A stretch of 64,000 bases of DNA from Candidatus Saccharimonadales bacterium (GTDB lineage Bacteria; Patescibacteriota; Saccharimonadia; Saccharimonadales; UBA10212), in NCBI GenBank assembly GCA_035758565.1, contig DASTXL010000001.1, positions 267,242 to 331,241 of the forward strand. The letters are read 5' to 3'. The notes beneath the pieces are model-generated. The model worked only from the letters and a program-made list of their open reading frames with translations, was not told the DNA's origin and did not search any database. The translations under genes were made by a program, and so were the position numbers. This document shows, piece by piece, positions 47,005 to 55,076 of the stretch. Numbering within the stretch: the first letter of the stretch is position 1; every line of letters starts with the position of its first letter.

Positions 47005-48243
47005 ATGGCTGACGAAGATGAACAAAAGCATAACGACCAATTTGACGCAGCGCTACCGCTGCCTATAAACCATAGCCAAAAACCACAAGCAGCAAGCAGT
47101 AGCGGCGGCTCCGATGCTACGGCTGACTTGATTCGCAAAAAGATCGAGGCTGCCTACGCTAAAGAGCCAAGCGCCCAAGCGGAAGAAGAAGAACTAGAAA
47201 AAACAGCCAGCAAAAAACTCTCTAAGCACCAAAGGTTTATATTAGACCTCACTAGCTCCGGCAAACCTTTGCACGAAGTGCAGATAGCCTGGCACGAATA
47301 TTACGCTGCGCTGCCAGATAACCAAAAACACGAGGTATGGGAAGAGTTCTATAAGACCCATGCCGAAACATCACATTATCAGGCAATCACCCACACTCAT
47401 AAAGATCAAAAATCGCATGCCGCGACCGAAGAAAAAAGGTCGCTACCGCCAACTACTACCGCAAGCCGATCAATACAAAACTTCCGTAACTCACTAAAAA
47501 CGCCAGAACAGCGGGCTGTGGGAGTCAAAAAACAAAGTCCGCTGCACTCAATTCTATTTGGATTGGCCATAGGTTGCATAGTGCTGGTGATCTTTCTCTT
47601 CAGCTTCTTTAACGAGCGCTTCATCACTCCTTTTATTCAGCCTAGCCGCGACGTTAGCGCTACGCCGCTAATCATTGGCACTCAAGCCGTTGGACAGTCT
47701 CCGCAGTTAATAATTCCAAAAATAAACGTGCAGATTCCAATCATTTACGCCACCGATAACAGCGATAATACGATTGAGAATGACCTAGAAAGCGGTGTGG
47801 TGCATTACGCCGATACGGCCATGCCGGGCCAAGACGGCAACTTAGTTATTTTTGGCCACTCGTCAAATAACATTTTTAACCCCGGAAAATACAAGTTTGC
47901 TTTTGTGTTGCTGTCTAGGCTAGAGAATGGCGATACATTTTATGTCGATAATGGCGGCAAGCGCTACACTTACGAGGTTTTTGGCAAGAAGATTGTACCG
48001 CCGAGCGACGTCAATGTGCTGGGACCAGTAGCAAACAAGACGGCTACTGCCACTCTGATTACTTGCGATCCGCCAGGCACCAGCCTCAACCGTCTGGTAG
48101 TTAGCGCAGATCAAATCGACCCTAATCCCACCTCGAACATAGCCGCTTCGGCAGATACCGGAAAAGCCGCGCAAAACGCCAAAGCTATAGCCGGCAACGG
48201 ACCAACACTGTGGCAAAGGCTCTGGCACGCCATCTGGGATTAA
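47005..48243 (+). CDS. Sortase-family transpeptidase with a long (~180 aa) N-terminal cytoplasmic extension
   Basis: TM helix ILFGLAIGCIVLVIFLFSFF; catalytic His LVIFGHSS; TLITCDPPG (TLxTC); a downstream Arg. Confidence 0.75.
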   Translation: MADEDEQKHNDQFDAALPLPINHSQKPQAASSSGGSDATADLIRKKIEAAYAKEPSAQAEEEELEKTASKKLSKHQRFILDLTSSGKPLHEVQIAWHEYYAALPDNQKHEVWEEFYKTHAETSHYQAITHTHKDQKSHAATEEKRSLPPTTTASRSIQNFRNSLKTPEQRAVGVKKQSPLHSILFGLAIGCIVLVIFLFSFFNERFITPFIQPSRDVSATPLIIGTQAVGQSPQLIIPKINVQIPIIYATDNSDNTIENDLESGVVHYADTAMPGQDGNLVIFGHSSNNIFNPGKYKFAFVLLSRLENGDTFYVDNGGKRYTYEVFGKKIVPPSDVNVLGPVANKTATATLITCDPPGTSLNRLVVSADQIDPNPTSNIAASADTGKAAQNAKAIAGNGPTLWQRLWHAIWD

Positions 48244-48270
48244 CTAAATCTGCAGGATTAAATAATTTAC

Positions 48271-48417
48271 CGCTTGAGCGCAGAACGAGGAAGAAGCGAG
48301 CAACGGACCGAGATGTATTTGCATACATAGAGGGAGTAGCGGAGCTTCTGACAAAGTTATACGCCAAGAGCACTAGCGGAGCGGCCGGCTTCGCCGGGCG
48401 GCAGGCTAGTGCGGCGG
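48271..48417 (+). repeat. Paralogous ~148-nt element, copy A (convergent intergenic region)
   Basis: 89/148 positions identical to 51260-51408 with a single 1-nt indel. Hairpin ATGTAT-ttgc-ATACAT at 48312-48327. Conserved block aagagcactagcggagcggccggc. Confidence 0.8.
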
Positions 48418-48428
48418 TAAATTATTTA

Positions 48429-49931
48429 TTATTGCTTAGGCAAATCGTTGCCGGCACGCATATCAACATTCACCAAATTAAGCGTGCCGTCGCTTTTGGC
48501 TTGCAAAGTTATCATATGGTTATAGTCGCTGCTGAACAGTGCGCCGCTGGGATCGGTAGTAGGCACTAATGGCTGCTGGTTGGTAGAGTCGTAATCCGTA
48601 ACATAAACTTTGCCGTCAGACTCGCCAATCAGCCGATGGCCATCCATCCAAGTCATAGGACCAGCCAGCGGAGCATCCAGACGATACTGATAATTGTCTT
48701 TGGTTTCTATGTCGAATACTCCAAAGCTTTGGCCGTTTTCAACTTCTACAAAACGAGCGTTATTAGAAAAGCCAACTTTTGTAGCGCCCAACACGTTAAG
48801 GGCCAGGGTAGGGATAGCCTTGCCGATGCTTTTGTTATTAATGTCGCTCAAAGGATCCTCATATATATTTACTCTTTTGTCGGTATCACTGCCGGCGATG
48901 TAGTACCAGTGGCCGGAATACTGCGCTGCATCAATTAAATAAGTGCTGCCGGCAGTAAGGGTATAGAGCGGGTAAGTCTTGCCGTTATTCCAAATCCTAG
49001 CCTGAACTTCGCCGCTTGGCATATTTTGGTCGGTGATGTAGGTCATAAGATCTGTGCCATAAGGTTTAAAGGCCAGAACTTTTTTGAGCATTGGGGTGGC
49101 CAGCGTGCCCTTACTCACATCGCCGAGCTGCACAGTTTGGTTGGCTTGGCTATAAACATATAGCTGGTCGACTTTCTTATTAAACAAAGCAACCTCGTCG
49201 GGAACAATATTAAAGATTTTGTTTACGTTAAATGATTGCTCGGGCTTGTTGCGGTTAAAGACGATATATTCGCTGCCACCGCTATAAGTGTGCTTGAGTA
49301 AGACGTTATTGTTGTCAGTAGACCATTCAACAACGCTTAAATTGGCCCTGGCGCCATCATCTCCGGATAGCAACCCCTCGGGAATACTAACTTGGGTTGG
49401 AGTTTGGCTTTCGGTTTTTGACAGAGCGTTTAAGTCAAGCTGGTCAAAGGTAACCTGTTTTGAGTCGCTATCAGGTCGCTGGATCAAGAGCCAACGCTGG
49501 CTGGGACTCTCGGTTATTAAGGCGGGTTGCGTCGCATAGTTAGTTAGAGTTGTGGTGCGAAACTTCACTGGATATAAGAAGGGGTAAACAAAGCGGTCGA
49601 TGCTGCTTTCTTGAAGCGTAAAGCTGCGCTGCCAATCGCGGTAACCAGATTTTTTGAGGGTTAGAGTATAGTCGCCGGCCGGGATTACCAGCCTGGCAGA
49701 AGTGGTAGCATTCCAATTTTTGCCGTTTAGGTAAATTTCCGCGCCACCCGGTTTAGAATCCACAAACAGCAGGCCGTTTTGGATGATCTGGCCTTTCTTA
49801 TTTATGCCATAGCCGTTAGCTCCGTAAGCCAAAATCACGGTAGCCAGGCCTATGGCGATAGCCACAAGAACATAGCCTACGATTAAGCGTATTTTATGAG
49901 CGCGTCTTTTACGGGGGTCAAGAAAATCCAT
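48429..49931 (-). CDS. PEGA-domain surface protein, N-terminally anchored
   Basis: TM anchor; PEGA-like LFVDSKPGGAEIYLNG...GDYTLTLKKSGYRDW; large beta-rich C-terminal domain. Confidence 0.7.
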   Translation of the reverse strand: MDFLDPRKRRAHKIRLIVGYVLVAIAIGLATVILAYGANGYGINKKGQIIQNGLLFVDSKPGGAEIYLNGKNWNATTSARLVIPAGDYTLTLKKSGYRDWQRSFTLQESSIDRFVYPFLYPVKFRTTTLTNYATQPALITESPSQRWLLIQRPDSDSKQVTFDQLDLNALSKTESQTPTQVSIPEGLLSGDDGARANLSVVEWSTDNNNVLLKHTYSGGSEYIVFNRNKPEQSFNVNKIFNIVPDEVALFNKKVDQLYVYSQANQTVQLGDVSKGTLATPMLKKVLAFKPYGTDLMTYITDQNMPSGEVQARIWNNGKTYPLYTLTAGSTYLIDAAQYSGHWYYIAGSDTDKRVNIYEDPLSDINNKSIGKAIPTLALNVLGATKVGFSNNARFVEVENGQSFGVFDIETKDNYQYRLDAPLAGPMTWMDGHRLIGESDGKVYVTDYDSTNQQPLVPTTDPSGALFSSDYNHMITLQAKSDGTLNLVNVDMRAGNDLPKQ

Positions 49932-50074
49932 AATCTAAATTTGTTTAGCAAATGTTTGTATTTCTATGATCTCACATAAATTGTCGCTCAAATATTTTAT
50001 TTCGGCAAGATGCTTGTGTTAGGGGCGCGTGGGAGTTAATATATATCTCATAAATATTTGGGGACAATTTGTAA

Positions 50075-51193
50075 GTGAGCAGGGCAGCCAGCATCATCGA
50101 AATTAACGGCACTCGCTATGACGCCAACAGCGGCAACGTAGTCGGAGCTGTTAAGAAAGTTGCCACCCAAGTTAAAGGTCAATCAAAGGTAATAGACGGT
50201 TTTGTGCGTAAATCCGGCTCCGCTATCACTAAGGCCCCAGCAGCAGTTGTAAAGGCCCCAGCCGCTGTAATACCAAAGAGGACACCAGCTGAACCGCGGC
50301 AAGCAAAGCTAGCTCATCAGGTCCACAATCGAACACAACGTTCAAATGCCTTAATGCGCAACATTGTGAGTAAGCCCAAAGCCCAGATTGCCGAAGTCAG
50401 ACAGGGGCTTATAAAGCCATCTGTTTCTAAGGCCGTTGGCCAAGAACAAGAGCGTCGAGCTCGCGCAGTTGCTATTCCAAAGCATTCGAGAGTTGACCGT
50501 TTCGGCGTTCTAAAAACCGCCGAGACAAAGCCTCGCCACGAAATCACAGCCAAAGCTCGTCCGGTTGTGCAAATGAGCCAAGCTGTTAGTGCGCCGGCTG
50601 TCGCTAAGCCTTTGCCAAGCATGGTAGTCAGCGCTTCTCATCAAAAACTTGAAAGACTATTAGACGAGGCGCTTATTCGTGCCGATGCTCACAAAGCTAT
50701 GGAACGCAAGCGATCACGCAATCCACTTAACCACATTACCAGGTTGCCGCGCTGGCTAGTTGTTTCTATTTTGCTCATTATCGTCATAGCTATTGTTGGA
50801 TTTTTTGCGTGGCGCGACATACCTCAAGTAGCCTTAAAGGTAGCCGGCGAACAAGCTCACGTTAGCGCCAGCCTGCCTGATTATGCGCCGACTGGTTTTT
50901 CGATAGCCGGACCAGCTTCGCACCAAGGCAACACGGTGGTTATTAAATATCAAAGCGGCGGTTATTCTTACGACATAACCCAAAAAAGCTCCGGCTGGGA
51001 TAGCACATCCTTAGCCGCCAACGTTATAACTCCTGGCCTGCAAGTACAAACCAGTCAAGTACAAGGTACAACCGTTTATATCTACGGCAAGCAGAACAAT
51101 GCTACTTGGGTCAATAACGGTGTTTGGTACACGCTCAAAAACAATGCCAGCTTAACGTCTGACCAGATTATGCGCATTGTGCAATCAATGTAG
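50075..51193 (+). CDS. Hypothetical single-pass membrane protein (GTG start)
   Basis: Basic disordered N-terminal half, TM helix WLVVSILLIIVIAIVGFFAW, and an extracytoplasmic beta-rich C-terminal domain. Confidence 0.55.
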   Translation: MSRAASIIEINGTRYDANSGNVVGAVKKVATQVKGQSKVIDGFVRKSGSAITKAPAAVVKAPAAVIPKRTPAEPRQAKLAHQVHNRTQRSNALMRNIVSKPKAQIAEVRQGLIKPSVSKAVGQEQERRARAVAIPKHSRVDRFGVLKTAETKPRHEITAKARPVVQMSQAVSAPAVAKPLPSMVVSASHQKLERLLDEALIRADAHKAMERKRSRNPLNHITRLPRWLVVSILLIIVIAIVGFFAWRDIPQVALKVAGEQAHVSASLPDYAPTGFSIAGPASHQGNTVVIKYQSGGYSYDITQKSSGWDSTSLAANVITPGLQVQTSQVQGTTVYIYGKQNNATWVNNGVWYTLKNNASLTSDQIMRIVQSM

Positions 51194-51259
51194 CGCCAAA
51201 GAGTTATTTAGCCTACAATTAAAGTTAATGATAGTTAGTTTTATTGCGCGCGTACTTTT

Positions 51260-51408
51260 CGCTTTAGTGCCGAGCAAGGCGATGGCGAGGAATGGACTGA
51301 GCCGTATATGAAATACGGCGAAGGAATGCCGCAACCAGCAACGCCGCCCGGCGCAAAGAGTACCGGCGGAGTGGCCGGCCCTGCCGACAAGCAGAGCGCT
51401 GCGGTGCG
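51260..51408 (+). repeat. Paralogous ~148-nt element, copy B (upstream of / overlapping the gltX 5' end)
   Basis: Homologous to 48271-48417. Hairpin CCGTAT-atgaa-ATACGG at 51302-51318 carries two compensatory base-pair changes relative to copy A. Confidence 0.8.
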
Positions 51409-52858
51409 TGGGCCGGTTCGGACTCGTTTTGCGCCTAGTCCAACAGGTTACTTACACGTCGGCGGTATTCGCACTGCGCTGTTTGCATGGCTTTTGGCCC
51501 GTCAAGCCGGCAACGATGGCCAGTTTATCTTGCGGCTTGAAGATACCGACAAAAATCGCGAGGTAACCGGCGCTGACGAGCACATAATGAAGAGCCTAAA
51601 AGCTCTGGGTCTTAATTACGACGAAGGCCCGGACATCGGCGGTCCGTTCGGGCCGTATCGCCAAAGCGAGCGCCTGGATATTTATAGAAAGTGGGCCGAA
51701 AAATTAATAAAGAAGGGCAGAGCCTATGCCGATCCTTATTCTCCAATCGAAGTTCAAGCTTTTAGAGAGCAAGCTCAAAAAGAAAAGCGCCCGTTTTTAT
51801 ATCGTGACCGTCGGCCAGAGAATCCGCCGAGATGGGACGGCAGTCAGCCTTTGCGTTTTAAGTCAGAGCCCAAAGCCTACGTCTGGCACGATGAAGTTAT
51901 GGGCGATCTTTCAACCGGGCCGGAAGTCATCGACGACTTTATTTTAATTAAATCCGATGGTTATCCAACCTATAACTTCGCTCACATAATTGACGATCTC
52001 GAAATGCAGATCAGCCATGTTATCCGTGGCCAGGAGTTCCTAGCCAGCATGCCGAACTACCTAAATCTTTACGAGGCATTGGGTATCGAGCGGCCTGTGC
52101 TGGCCACCATGCCGCACATTTTGGGCCCGGATGGCAATAAGAAACTATCTAAGCGTGATGGCGCTAAAGATGTGCTGGATTACATCCGTGAGGGCTATCT
52201 GCCAGACGCACTAGTTAACTTTATTGCCAGCCTGGGCTGGAATGACGGCACCGAGCAGGAAATTTTTAGCCGTAATGAACTTACCGAGAAATTCCGCCTG
52301 GATCATGTGCAGCGTAGCGGCGCCCGCTTTGATGAGCGTCGCTTAACCTGGATGAATGGACACTATATCCGGGAACTTTCTTTGAAAGAATTAGCCGAAA
52401 GAGCAGCCGACTTTTGGCCGGCCAAAGCCAAAGCAGCAGACGAAACTTACAAAAACGCCATTCTTGGCCTTGTGCAGGAACGTTTGAAATATTTTGCCGA
52501 ACTGCCAGAGCTTACCAGGTTTTTCTTTGAAGAGCCCGATACCTCAAACGTCAAAGAGTTATATAAAAATCCAGTCGACAAGCAACTCAAGAAAATTGAG
52601 TTTAGCGATTATAAGCCAATGCTCGACAAGGTAATTACAAAATTAGAAAACTCTGACTTTTCCGAAGATAACATTACGAACAGCCTCAACCAGCTTCTAG
52701 AAGAGTTAGGCACCAAACCCGGCGTTTTATTTGCCTTAGTCCGCATAGCTTTGACTGGGCAAACCAGTTCGCCGCAAATCTTTGGAACTTTGCACGTCTT
52801 GGGCCAAGAAAAGTCCATCAATAGACTTAAAAAAGCCGCTGAAACGCTGGCCAACTAA
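51308..52858 (+). CDS. gltX: Glutamate--tRNA ligase
   Basis: RTRFAPSPTGYLHVGGIRTALF (HIGH region) and KLSKRDG (KMSKS). The conserved core starts near GTG 51404 (MRGPVRTRF...). The 32 codons from ATG 51308 coincide with repeat copy B, so the true start is uncertain. Confidence 0.9.
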   Translation: MKYGEGMPQPATPPGAKSTGGVAGPADKQSAAVRGPVRTRFAPSPTGYLHVGGIRTALFAWLLARQAGNDGQFILRLEDTDKNREVTGADEHIMKSLKALGLNYDEGPDIGGPFGPYRQSERLDIYRKWAEKLIKKGRAYADPYSPIEVQAFREQAQKEKRPFLYRDRRPENPPRWDGSQPLRFKSEPKAYVWHDEVMGDLSTGPEVIDDFILIKSDGYPTYNFAHIIDDLEMQISHVIRGQEFLASMPNYLNLYEALGIERPVLATMPHILGPDGNKKLSKRDGAKDVLDYIREGYLPDALVNFIASLGWNDGTEQEIFSRNELTEKFRLDHVQRSGARFDERRLTWMNGHYIRELSLKELAERAADFWPAKAKAADETYKNAILGLVQERLKYFAELPELTRFFFEEPDTSNVKELYKNPVDKQLKKIEFSDYKPMLDKVITKLENSDFSEDNITNSLNQLLEELGTKPGVLFALVRIALTGQTSSPQIFGTLHVLGQEKSINRLKKAAETLAN

Positions 52859-52883
52859 GCGCAAGCAATATAAAATAGAAACA

Positions 52884-54173
52884 ATGCAGGGGGATTTTAA
52901 ACAGCGAAAAGTCGCAGCGCCTAAAGCTGCCGAGACGCCTCAGTCGTCATTGGTTAAGTCGGCCAAGATAGATCCAGCGCCGCCCACAGCTGACGACATA
53001 GACGATACTATTGTCTTAGACGACAACAACGCCGAGCCGTCAAAAACACCAACCTCAAACTCGGAAGGTAACTTATTCACTCGTCCATTTATTAGATTGT
53101 CGGCCTGGTGGAAGACTCTAAACCGCAACGTTCGTTTTGGCGTTATTGGCGCGGGCATAATTCTGTTTTGCGTGATAGCCTTGGCTATTTACTTCTTTGC
53201 AAGTCCAGGCAGTAACCCCAGCTTTACCTTGCACAAGGGCAAAAAGACGCCAGCCATCAACACAGTGGCCTCGCCTCTTACTGGCGTGCAAGTAGCACCA
53301 GATCTAGCCAAAAGGCCAGTTACTGGCATCATGATAGAAAACAGCACTGACGCCAGGCCGCAATCCGGCTTACAGGATGCTGGCGTGGTCTACGAAGCTG
53401 TTGCCGAAGCCGGCATCACCCGCTTTTTGGCCTTATTCCAAGACGCCAGGCCGCAATACATTGGTCCGGTGCGCTCACTCAGACCGTACTTCATTGACTA
53501 CGCCGCACCGTATCAGGCTTCAATCGTCCACGTTGGGGGTAGCCCCGATGCCTTGAGCGAAGTAGAAAACGGCAATTATCGCAATCTAGACCAGTTCTTT
53601 AATGGTGATTACTTCACAAGAATATCTGCGCGGGCAGCCCCGCATAACGTTTATACTGGATTTGATTTGCTAGACAAACTCAACCAGTCCAAAGGCTACA
53701 CTTCAAGCACTTTCACTTCGTGGCCCCGCAAAAAAGACTCTAGGCCAAAAACGCCAACTACAACCTCGATTGACCTGGCCATCTCCAGCGAGGCTTATCA
53801 TGTACACTACGATTACGACGCTGGCTCTAACAGTTATCTGCGCAGCGAGGGCGGGGCACCACACGTGGACTTGGTTAGCGCTAGCGACGCCGCCGGCGTG
53901 CAGCTCAAGCCAAAAGTCGTTATAGCCTTGGTGGTTCCGCTTGGCCAAGGAGCCCTGGATGCCTCCGGTGCCTATTATTCTAATTATCAAACCTACGGTA
54001 GCGGCATTGCTTATGTATTCCAAGACGGCGGCGTTACGCAAGGCACCTGGACTAAGGACGGCACTACCGGTCCATTGCAGTTCACAGACGAAAACGGCCA
54101 CGCCTTAAACCTAAACGCCGGCCAAACCTGGGTCACGCTAGTCAGCGACACTAGCCAAGTTAGCTACAAGTAG
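52884..54173 (+). CDS. DUF3048-family extracytoplasmic protein, membrane-anchored
   Basis: PLTGVQVAPDLAKRPVTGIMIENSTDARPQSGLQDAGVVYEAVAEAGITRFLALF. I moved the start to ATG 52884, 7 nt after TAAAAT. Confidence 0.7.
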   Translation: MQGDFKQRKVAAPKAAETPQSSLVKSAKIDPAPPTADDIDDTIVLDDNNAEPSKTPTSNSEGNLFTRPFIRLSAWWKTLNRNVRFGVIGAGIILFCVIALAIYFFASPGSNPSFTLHKGKKTPAINTVASPLTGVQVAPDLAKRPVTGIMIENSTDARPQSGLQDAGVVYEAVAEAGITRFLALFQDARPQYIGPVRSLRPYFIDYAAPYQASIVHVGGSPDALSEVENGNYRNLDQFFNGDYFTRISARAAPHNVYTGFDLLDKLNQSKGYTSSTFTSWPRKKDSRPKTPTTTSIDLAISSEAYHVHYDYDAGSNSYLRSEGGAPHVDLVSASDAAGVQLKPKVVIALVVPLGQGALDASGAYYSNYQTYGSGIAYVFQDGGVTQGTWTKDGTTGPLQFTDENGHALNLNAGQTWVTLVSDTSQVSYK

Positions 54174-54325
54174 ACTTTTTACCCCTGACTCAATTGAAGG
54201 ACAACCGGACGGTTTTCCTTCAACGCTCAGTCGGCAAAGCCGCCCCTGGAAGGGCAAGCTGAGCTACTACCTTTCCTCTGTTAATTTGCCTTTACGTCTG
54301 TTAAAATAGACCGGTCTTGCTAAAC

Positions 54326-54400
54326 GGTCCCATCGTCTAGCGGTTAGGACACTGGGTTCTCATCCCAGCAACAGGGGTTCGATTCCCCTTGGGATCACCA
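54326..54400 (+). tRNA. tRNA-Glu (anticodon CUC), CCA encoded
   Basis: Acceptor ggtccca/tgggatc; D arm gtct-agcggtta-ggac; anticodon arm ctggg-ttCTCat-cccag; T arm agggg-ttcgatt-cccct. Confidence 0.9.
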
Positions 54401-54409
54401 ACTAAAGTG

Positions 54410-54433
54410 CCCGACTTTTTGTCGGGTATTTTA
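54410..54433 (+). terminator. Terminator after tRNA-Glu
   Basis: cccgac-ttttt-gtcggg followed by tatttta. Confidence 0.7.
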
Positions 54434-54575
54434 GTTGGTCGGTTCAGCCGAACCGGAACGCCGTCAAGGGTTCGATAACAAGGAGCACGCGCAGATGCTC
54501 GCATCGAGCATGCGACGCAGGTATCCCAAAGGAGCCTTTAGGCGACGACGGATTCCCCGTAGCGTCACCACACAT
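54434..54575 (+). other. Hairpin-rich segment with tRNA 3'-end-like fragments, bounded by two terminators
   Basis: Hairpins at 54440-54455 (cggttc/gaaccg) and 54495-54511 (atgctcg/cgagcat). gggttcgat at 54468-54476. gattccccgtagcgtcacca at 54551-54570 is 16/20 identical to the last 20 nt of tRNA-Glu. Confidence 0.5.
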
Positions 54576-54599
54576 AAGCCCGCCTCAAGGGGCTTTTTA
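54576..54599 (+). terminator. Rho-independent terminator
   Basis: aagccc-gcctcaag-gggctt followed by a T-run. Confidence 0.7.
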
Positions 54600-54616
54600 T
54601 TTGTATAATTAATTAA

Positions 54617-55027
54617 ATGAAGTTAACTTTGCGAATCAGCATCACTAAGCAAGCTATTATAACCCTGATAATATTGCTACTAGCGGTGGGTGGAGCAATT
54701 GCTATTCACGACCACAATAAACCAAAACCGATGCCGCCACACACTGCCGAGAATGGGAACTTCAACGCCGGCCAGCGATCGGCTGAAGTTAATATCCGCA
54801 ATATGATGTTCACGCCCTCTCAAGTTACAGTCGTTAGGGGCACTACTGTAACATGGACCAATAACGACAAGGTCTCCCACACCGTAATTATCGACCACGG
54901 CGACGGCCCGCAGAGCAGCAATATTTCTCCTGGTGCGAGCTTTAGCTACACCTTCAACCAAGCTGGCTCTTATCAGTACCATTGCCGCACACACCCTTCA
55001 ATGCGCGGCACAATCGTAGTCCAGTAG
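54617..55027 (+). CDS. Cupredoxin (plastocyanin/amicyanin-like type 1 copper protein), signal-anchored
   Basis: Ligand pattern SHTV...YHCRTHPSMRG (His, Cys-x2-His-x2-Met). Extended -10 TGTATAAT lies 7 nt before the ATG. Confidence 0.8.
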   Translation: MKLTLRISITKQAIITLIILLLAVGGAIAIHDHNKPKPMPPHTAENGNFNAGQRSAEVNIRNMMFTPSQVTVVRGTTVTWTNNDKVSHTVIIDHGDGPQSSNISPGASFSYTFNQAGSYQYHCRTHPSMRGTIVVQ

Positions 55028-55076
55028 TAAACCGCCTATGCTTGGTCTGCTGGTTACTTCTTATTAAGATTAGGTA

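Noticed and set aside
48210-48569. 119-aa + strand ORF spanning the sortase/PEGA intergenic gap
   Set aside because: It starts inside the sortase 3' end and runs antisense into the PEGA gene. Its only protein-like stretch is the part homologous to the gltX leader element, which is better explained at the nucleotide level.
51230-51403. T-box leader upstream of gltX
   Set aside because: No AGGGUGGNACCGCG T-box sequence in the correct arrangement, and no recognisable Stem I or specifier loop. The paralogous copy A is not upstream of any gene and lacks the UGG.
54186-54300. Small SRP (4.5S) RNA upstream of tRNA-Glu (cctGGAAgggcaagctgagc resembles the CCGGAAGGAAGCAGC apical region)
   Set aside because: The distance between the UCAG-like 5' strand and the tetraloop is about 21 nt instead of about 8. 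The flanks do not form the long closing helix. The first hairpin (ttgaagga...tccttcaa) is better explained as the terminator-like hairpin of the upstream gene.
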